This document shows positions 57,947 through 64,000 of a stretch of 64,000 bases of DNA, one piece after another. The DNA lies in assembly GCA_963674745.2 (NCBI GenBank), contig CAXXDV010000001.1, positions 416,001 through 480,000 of the forward strand, given 5' to 3'. The DNA is from Desulfosudaceae bacterium. Its GTDB lineage: Bacteria; Desulfobacterota; Desulfobacteria; Desulfobacterales; Desulfosudaceae. The notes under the pieces are model-generated. The model saw only the letters and a program-made list of their open reading frames with translations. It was not told where the DNA came from and ran no database searches. The position numbers and the translations under genes were made by a program. The stretch's first letter is position 1; each line of letters begins with the position of its first letter.

Positions 57947-58825
57947 TCACGCCGCCCCGATTTTACTCAAAATAAACGCCGAAGCCGCATCCAACTTTTC
58001 CAGATCCACGCCGCAATCAATATTCAGCTTATCGAACAGATAAACCAGATGCTCGGTGGCGACATTTCCCCGGGCGCCCCGGGCAAACGGACACCCGCCC
58101 AGCCCACCGGCCGAGCCATCGAAAATCGTGACGCCGGCCTCGAGCCCGGCCATGACATTGGCCACGGCAATACCCCGTGTGTCATGAAAATGAAGGGCCA
58201 TTTTTTCAAGCCCGAACCGTTTTTCGACCCGGCCCAGAAGTTCCTTTACCTGCCGGGGACCGGCCACACCGATGGTATCGCTCAAGACGATTTCATAGGC
58301 TCCCAGCGTCAAAAACCGCTCGACAATTTTCATTAAAAGCGATTCATCGATTGAGCCTTCATCCGGACAGCCGAAAACCATGGAGATCAGCCCCCGAATA
58401 TTCATGCCGTGACCAGCGGCAACCCGGGCCACGGCCGCGATGTCCTTTAACGAACCTTCGACATCCCGGTTGATGTTTTTCCGGTTGAAGGTGTCGGACG
58501 GCGAAGTAAACAGGGCGATGGTTTTCACCTGACAACGGACGGCCCGCTCCAGCTGCTTTTCATTGGGCACCAGGGCCGTCAGCCGTATGCCCTGGCCTTT
58601 AAGCCCGGATATTAACGGATAAAAAGTATCCGCATCACCAAGCTGGGGAATCCGTCCGGGATCAACAAAACTGGTCACCTCAAAATCAGTTAAGCCCGCG
58701 GCCAGGAGCTTGTCAAAGAACGCCTTTTTATCCTCCGTGGAGATGACCGGGCCGGTTTCATTCTGAAGCCCGTCCCGCAAGGCCACCTCGACAATCTTAA
58801 CCTTTGGCGGAAAACCGGAAAGCAT
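57947..58825 (-). CDS. liuE: Hydroxymethylglutaryl-CoA lyase
   Basis: EVALRDGLQNE, DTIG, HFHDTRG, and GLGGCPFARGARGNVATE. Confidence 0.92.
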   Translation of the reverse strand: MLSGFPPKVKIVEVALRDGLQNETGPVISTEDKKAFFDKLLAAGLTDFEVTSFVDPGRIPQLGDADTFYPLISGLKGQGIRLTALVPNEKQLERAVRCQVKTIALFTSPSDTFNRKNINRDVEGSLKDIAAVARVAAGHGMNIRGLISMVFGCPDEGSIDESLLMKIVERFLTLGAYEIVLSDTIGVAGPRQVKELLGRVEKRFGLEKMALHFHDTRGIAVANVMAGLEAGVTIFDGSAGGLGGCPFARGARGNVATEHLVYLFDKLNIDCGVDLEKLDAASAFILSKIGAA

Positions 58826-59323
58826 CTACTCGGCGTCCTTTTCGGGCGTTATGGCCGCCAGTTCCACATCCCCTTCCACCTGGTCGCCCTCTTTGTAAAA
58901 AATTTTTGTCAGACGGCCGTCCGTATTGGCAGTCATGGTATGTTCCATCTTCATGGCTTCTAAAATAAGAATCTTGTCGCCTTTTTTAACAAGGCTGCCT
59001 TCTGTGACAAAAATTTTAAATATATTGCCCGGCATGGAGGATTTCAAAGAGCCGCTGCCACCGCCGGATTTTTTCGCCCGGACGGCGCCGGGCAATTCGA
59101 CAAAAGCCTCCAGGGGACCGATATTGACCTGAACATTTCGGGCGGTCCGGCTGCACCTGACAACATGGTTCAAATGGTCATTGGTTATAACCAGGCGGGA
59201 TTTGTTTTTCCGTTGCTTAAACACATAGTCTTTACCTTCAAACACAAACGACAGTTCATGACCGTCCATATTGACGGCATCAACTTGATAGGTCTTGCCA
59301 TTGATGATCAGTTCTCGTTTCAC
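58826..59323 (-). CDS. Biotin carboxyl carrier subunit (separate C-terminal part of the carboxylase alpha subunit)
   Basis: SMPG..and LEAMKME biotinylation motif. Confidence 0.9.
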   Translation of the reverse strand: MKRELIINGKTYQVDAVNMDGHELSFVFEGKDYVFKQRKNKSRLVITNDHLNHVVRCSRTARNVQVNIGPLEAFVELPGAVRAKKSGGGSGSLKSSMPGNIFKIFVTEGSLVKKGDKILILEAMKMEHTMTANTDGRLTKIFYKEGDQVEGDVELAAITPEKDAE

Positions 59324-60808
59324 TTATACATTCCTGAAGCCGGAGATTATATCCCAGGCGTTTTGGGCCGTTGTTTCATCGGCCGACACGGGTGTGTCTT
59401 TTTCATAAAAAAGAAAACCGGCGATAATCAGTGCCAGTTCATCATTGGAATAGTCTCTCTTTGCGAGCACGCTTCCGAATTCGGCAATAAATGTGGTAAA
59501 GGTATTGCCCTCGTTAAAAGGCCGGGACGACAACACCCGCTTTAAAAAATCCCGGTTGGTTTTAACGCCCTGGAAAGGAATGTCGTCCAGGCCCAGCAGC
59601 AGGCGTTCCCGGGCTTCGGTTCTGGTCATCCCGTGGGCGATCAGCTTGGCCAGCATGGGATCATAGTTGATGGTGACACGATTGGAATCACAGAAGCCGG
59701 AATCCAGCCGGACGCCGTTAATCCGGGACATTCCGATCTGTTCGATGACCCCGGTGGTGGGCAAAAATTCATTGTCCGGGTCTTCGGCATAGATCCTGGC
59801 CTCGATGGCGTGGCCGGTCTGCCGGATGTCCGCCTGTTGAACAGGCAGGGCTTCGCCGGCGGCCACTTCGATCTGTAAGCGGACCAGGTCAAATCCGGTC
59901 ACCATTTCGGTTACCGGATGCTCTACTTGAAGCCGGGTGTTCATTTCCAGAAAATAAAAGTTGTCGGCTTCATCATAAATAAATTCCACGGTACCGGCAC
60001 CGACATAACCGATGATACGGGCCACCTCCACCGCGCTGGCGGTAATGGCCGCTCTTTTTTCCGGGGTCAGGGCGGGTGACGGTGTCTCTTCAATAATTTT
60101 CTGGTGACGACGCTGAATGGAACATTCTCTTTCGAAAAAATGGAGATAATTGCCATGAGTATCACCGAACACCTGGACCTCGATATGACGCGACCGGGGC
60201 ACATACTTTTCGATCAACACCCGGTCATTGGAAAAGGCGTTCTGCGCCTCTCTTTTGGCACCCTCGAGGGCATCCGGAAAATCCGCCGCCTGATGGACCA
60301 CCCGCATGCCCTTGCCGCCGCCGCCGCCGCTGGCCTTGATCAGCACCGGAAAGCCGATGGTTTCGGCCTGTCCCATAAGAAAGGCGTTATCCTGGTTATC
60401 ACCGTTGTAGCCGGGAATAACCGGAATGGCGGCCTCGGCCATCTTTTTCTTGGAGGTGATCTTATCGCCCATCAGCAGCATGGATTCCGGCGTGGGCCCG
60501 ATAAAAGCGATACCGGCGGTTGTGACCTTTTCACAAAAAAGGGGGTTTTCCGACAAAAAGCCGTAACCCGGATGAATTGCGTCGGCCCCGCATTGGCCGG
60601 CTATGGACAGGATCTTATCCTGATTCAAATAAGTATCCGCCAGGGCCCCGCTCCCAAGGCAATATGCCTCGTCCGACAAAAAAGCATGCGGCAGATTGGT
60701 ATCATCCTCACTGTAAACGGTCACACTGGTGATGCCCATTTCCCGGCAGGTGTTGATTACCCTGACGGCGATTTCGCCCCGGTTGGCAATGAGTATTTTT
60801 CTTATCAC
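59324..60808 (-). CDS. liuD: Biotin carboxylase subunit of methylcrotonyl/geranyl-CoA carboxylase
   Basis: ANRGEIA, HPGYGFLSEN, GGGGKGMR, ERECSIQRRHQK, and EMNTRLQVEHPVTE. Confidence 0.88.
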   Translation of the reverse strand: MIRKILIANRGEIAVRVINTCREMGITSVTVYSEDDTNLPHAFLSDEAYCLGSGALADTYLNQDKILSIAGQCGADAIHPGYGFLSENPLFCEKVTTAGIAFIGPTPESMLLMGDKITSKKKMAEAAIPVIPGYNGDNQDNAFLMGQAETIGFPVLIKASGGGGGKGMRVVHQAADFPDALEGAKREAQNAFSNDRVLIEKYVPRSRHIEVQVFGDTHGNYLHFFERECSIQRRHQKIIEETPSPALTPEKRAAITASAVEVARIIGYVGAGTVEFIYDEADNFYFLEMNTRLQVEHPVTEMVTGFDLVRLQIEVAAGEALPVQQADIRQTGHAIEARIYAEDPDNEFLPTTGVIEQIGMSRINGVRLDSGFCDSNRVTINYDPMLAKLIAHGMTRTEARERLLLGLDDIPFQGVKTNRDFLKRVLSSRPFNEGNTFTTFIAEFGSVLAKRDYSNDELALIIAGFLFYEKDTPVSADETTAQNAWDIISGFRNV

Positions 60809-60852
60809 CTTATATAAGACCTTTCACACAAATACGTTTTTTAGCGGCTACG

Positions 60853-61641
60853 CTAATCCAGCCATGACGGTTTTCTCTTTTCCAAAAGCGCCGCCATTCC
60901 TTCCTGGCCCTCGTCCGAGATTCTCAGCTTTGCAATCAACTCGGTCGTGTACTTACTGACAGAACCGTCTTTGTCCTTGTTTAACCGTTCCACCTCGCGG
61001 ATCAACGTCTTGGCATGCCGCTGGGCAATCGGCGCGGCCTTTAAAAACCCATCAATAACCACCTCACCACGTTCCCGCAATTCTTCTTCAGGCACAATTT
61101 CATCGACCAGGTTGATCTCTTTGGCAATCCATACCCCGAAACGTTCTCCGGACAGAAACCAGGCCCGGGCATTTTGCGCCCCGATTTTATCCATCACATA
61201 GGGCGAAATCACCGCCGGCACCAGCCCCAGTCGGACTTCTGTAAAACCGAATTTGGCGCTTTCCACCGCCAGAACATAATCACACACGGAAACCAGCCCG
61301 GCCCCGCCACCCAGGGCCGATCCGTTGATCAGCCCGACGACCGGCACCGGGCATTCGCTGAAAGCGGCAAAAAGTCCGTCCAGGCGTTCACTGTCCCGGA
61401 TATTTTCCTCCAGTGAATAATCTTTCATGGACTTCATCCAGTTCAGGTCCGCGCCGGCACAAAAGGATTTACCTTCACCGGCCAAAACAACCAGACGGAT
61501 GGTTTCATCACGGTTTAACTCGGTCATCCGGGCGGTCAGCTCCGCGATGAGTTCATCATTAAAGGCGTTGTGAATCTCCGGGCGATTCAAGGTCAGGTAG
61601 ACCACGCCGCGTTCGTCGATACGTTCGGTAACAAATTTCAT
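60853..61641 (-). CDS. liuC: Methylglutaconyl-CoA hydratase
   Basis: LNRPEIHNAF, FCAGADLNWM, and EVRLGLVPAVISPYV; position within the carboxylase operon. Confidence 0.85.
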   Translation of the reverse strand: MKFVTERIDERGVVYLTLNRPEIHNAFNDELIAELTARMTELNRDETIRLVVLAGEGKSFCAGADLNWMKSMKDYSLEENIRDSERLDGLFAAFSECPVPVVGLINGSALGGGAGLVSVCDYVLAVESAKFGFTEVRLGLVPAVISPYVMDKIGAQNARAWFLSGERFGVWIAKEINLVDEIVPEEELRERGEVVIDGFLKAAPIAQRHAKTLIREVERLNKDKDGSVSKYTTELIAKLRISDEGQEGMAALLEKRKPSWLD

Positions 61642-61645
61642 ATGC

Positions 61646-63253
61646 CTACATCCTGAATACACCGAAATCGGTTCCCGGCAGCCCTGAATTCAGGGAAGCG
61701 GAAATGGTCAGCCCCAGCGCATCCCTGGTTTGAACGGGGTCGATGACCCCGTCATCCCAGATTCGGGCGCTGCTGTAATAAGCGCTTCCCTTTTCGTCGT
61801 ACATGTCGATAATGGGTTTCTGGAATTTTCGAATCTGTTCTTCAGACATGGGCTTTTTGCCTTCCGAGATCATCTGATCGTTTTTGACGGTGGACAGTAC
61901 CCCGGCCGCCTGTTCGCCGCCCATGACCGAAATCTTGGCATTAGGCCACATCCACAGAAAACGGGGATTATAGGCCCGGCCGCACATGCCGTAGTTGCCG
62001 GCCCCGAAAGATCCGCCCACCACCAGGGTATGCTTTGGCACTTTGGCGCAGGAGACAGCGGCCACCATTTTAGCCCCGTCCTTGGCAATACCGGCCGCCT
62101 CGTACTTTCGCCCCACCATGAAGCCGGTGATATTCTGCATAAACAGCAAGGGCGTTCGCCGCTGGCAGCACAGTTCCACAAAATGAGCGCCCTTCAGGGC
62201 GCTTTCCGAAAAAAGAATGCCGTTATTGCCGATGATACCCACCGTGTAGCCGTAAATCCGGGCAAAGCCGCAGACCAGGGTGCTGCCGTATTTTTCCTTG
62301 AACTCGTGGAACTCGGACCCGTCTACGAGCCGGGCAATAATCTCCCGGATGTCGTACGGGGTGCGGGTGTCTTTGGGCAGAATGCCGTAGATTTCTTCGA
62401 TATCATAGGCCGGTGGAACGATCCGGCCGGGCGGTTCCCGCCGGGATTTATAGCTCAGATTTTCAATAATGTTGCGGGTGATGATCAGGGCTTCTTCTTC
62501 ATCTTCGGCAAAATGGTCGGCCACCCCGGACCTGGCCGTGTGCACTTCAGCCCCGCCCAGTTCTTCGGGCGTGACCACCTCGCCTGTGGCGGCCTTGACC
62601 AGGGGCGGCCCGCCCAGGAAAATCGTACCGTTGCCCTTGACAATGACGGTTTCGTCGGACATGGCCGGCACATAGGCCCCGCCGGCCGTGCAGGAGCCCA
62701 GCACTACCGCGATCTGCGGGATCCCCTCGGACGACATCACGGCCTGGTTGTAGAAAATTCGACCGAAATGCTCCTTGTCCGGGAAGACCTCGTCCTGCAT
62801 GGGTAAAAACGCTCCGCCCGAATCCACCAGGTAGACACAGGGCAGCCTGTTCTGCAGGGCCACTTCCTGAGCCCGCAGATGCTTTTTGACCGTCAGGGGA
62901 AAATAAGTGCCGCCTTTGATGGTGGCGTCATTGGCCACAAACATGCACTCGACACCATGCACCCGGCCGATTCCGGTGACAATACCGGCGCCCGGCACGT
63001 CCGTATCATAAACCCCGTTCGCGGCCAGGGCGGAAAGCTCCACAAATGCCGCGCCCGGGTCGAGGATGCGATCGATTCGCTCCCTGGGCAACAGCTTGTT
63101 CCGCGCCCGGTGCTTGGCCACTGCTTTGTCACTGCCCCCCCTTTTGACGACGGCCAGCTTTTCTTTCAGTTCCGCGGCCAAAACGAGATTAAAATCTCTG
63201 TTTTCCAAATATTGCTTCGAAGAAGTGTCAACCTGAGAAACAATCTGATCCAT
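61646..63253 (-). CDS. liuB: Methylcrotonyl-CoA carboxylase carboxyltransferase (beta) subunit
   Basis: [58 protein letters not shown], and SARIWDDG. Confidence 0.92.
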   Translation of the reverse strand: MDQIVSQVDTSSKQYLENRDFNLVLAAELKEKLAVVKRGGSDKAVAKHRARNKLLPRERIDRILDPGAAFVELSALAANGVYDTDVPGAGIVTGIGRVHGVECMFVANDATIKGGTYFPLTVKKHLRAQEVALQNRLPCVYLVDSGGAFLPMQDEVFPDKEHFGRIFYNQAVMSSEGIPQIAVVLGSCTAGGAYVPAMSDETVIVKGNGTIFLGGPPLVKAATGEVVTPEELGGAEVHTARSGVADHFAEDEEEALIITRNIIENLSYKSRREPPGRIVPPAYDIEEIYGILPKDTRTPYDIREIIARLVDGSEFHEFKEKYGSTLVCGFARIYGYTVGIIGNNGILFSESALKGAHFVELCCQRRTPLLFMQNITGFMVGRKYEAAGIAKDGAKMVAAVSCAKVPKHTLVVGGSFGAGNYGMCGRAYNPRFLWMWPNAKISVMGGEQAAGVLSTVKNDQMISEGKKPMSEEQIRKFQKPIIDMYDEKGSAYYSSARIWDDGVIDPVQTRDALGLTISASLNSGLPGTDFGVFRM

Positions 63254-63570
63254 CCGCCCGCCTTCAAGCTAAGAGGTGATTGATTGGCGCTGTCTTCAAT
63301 ATTCCTGATCTTTATTTAAGGATATCCGGATGAACGCGCTGAATCGCCAGAAAACCTTTAACGACCTGAAGCATTAAACACAGTAAAAATCAGTTTATCA
63401 TAAAACATAAACCGCAACCAAAATAATCTCATTCACTTTTTGAATCTTATTCAATATTAAAATCTTATTCCGTTAATAGCAATAAAATAATGGAAACCGT
63501 CAGTTGAAGATCACCCTGGGGTCTTGAATTTTTTAATGAACAAAATTTGATTCATCATTTTTACCAGCCC

Positions 63571-63598
63571 TTGATATCATGGCAAAATATGATATAAT
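63571..63598 (+). promoter_or_regulatory. Candidate sigma-70 promoter of the protease gene
   Basis: TTGATA-N16-TATAAT with an extended TG. Confidence 0.45.
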
Positions 63599-63650
63599 TA
63601 TTCAATTTTTCAACTAATTTTAAAAACAACACAACCATGCGGGGCAGTAT

Positions 63651-64000
63651 ATGCGAACTGATCATAACAACCGGATACCGCCAAGATCTTTTCTGCTGAT
63701 GGTCTTAACCCTTTTCTTCCTGGTTTCGCCTGTTCTGAAAAACCCGGCCTGGGCGGACATCCGCAGTTCCATGGTCAAAATCACCACGGTTTATAATGAG
63801 CCGTCATACATCAACCCCTGGAATTTTAGTGGTTCGGAAACATTGAGCGGCTCAGGATGCGTGATCGAGGGTGATCTTATTTTGACCAACGCCCATGTGG
63901 TCAGCTATCAGACTTACATTGACGTGCAACGATACGGCGATCCCAAAAAGTACAAGGCCAGGGTGAAAGCGGTTTCACACCAGGCCGACCTGGCCCTGCT
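63651..64000 (+). CDS. Exported trypsin-like serine protease (HtrA/Deg family), runs off the window edge
   Basis: Manual translation: signal peptide, then GSGCVIEGDLILTNAHVV...ARVKAVSHQADLAL (catalytic His and Asp motifs). Confidence 0.85.
   Translation, partial: MRTDHNNRIPPRSFLLMVLTLFFLVSPVLKNPAWADIRSSMVKITTVYNEPSYINPWNFSGSETLSGSGCVIEGDLILTNAHVVSYQTYIDVQRYGDPKKYKARVKAVSHQADLAL

Noticed and set aside
61730..62806. Long antisense ORFs (this one, and e.g. 24020-24880, 27285-28133, 32663-33544)
   Set aside because: They are shadow frames of well-supported GC3-rich genes on the opposite strand and carry no motifs.
1..64000. tRNA, rRNA, transposase, integrase or prophage genes
   Set aside because: None were recognised by eye; tRNAscan-SE, Infernal and ISEScan would be needed to exclude them formally.

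Overview
This window looks like the chromosome of an anaerobic, lipid-degrading deltaproteobacterium (Desulfobacterales-like; inferred from gene content and repeat style, not verified). The backbone is fatty-acid, isoprenoid and leucine metabolism. It includes a LuxC/LuxE-like acyl reductase pair without luciferase, a START-domain protein, two long-chain acyl-CoA ligases, DUF2804 with a molybdopterin oxidoreductase, and an orphan DctP. It also includes an atuA/acyl-CoA dehydrogenase/FadH-like operon with a divergent sigma-54 activator, and a liu-type carboxylase cluster with two HMG-CoA-lyase-like genes. A defence island spans about 7.0-19.8 kb. It starts with a three-gene restriction-modification-like unit (half-MTase, Eco57I-type MTase, GIY-YIG/T5orf172-helicase). 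This is followed by an AT-rich, integrase-less integron cassette array: an attI-like junction and three progressively decayed attC sites carrying an unknown PD-(D/E)XK nuclease, an Hna-like helicase-nuclease and an AIPR protein. The island ends with a doubly frameshifted mrr and a RhuM-family gene. Other notable structures are a B12-radical SAM plus GT-C/discoidin pair bracketed by a duplicated 3' end of the FadH-like gene, a presenilin/SPP-like protease in a MoxR-DUF58-transglutaminase operon, an orphan NorQ/NorD-type chaperone pair, and several dispersed intergenic repeats. All calls come from motif reading by eye; no database searches were run.
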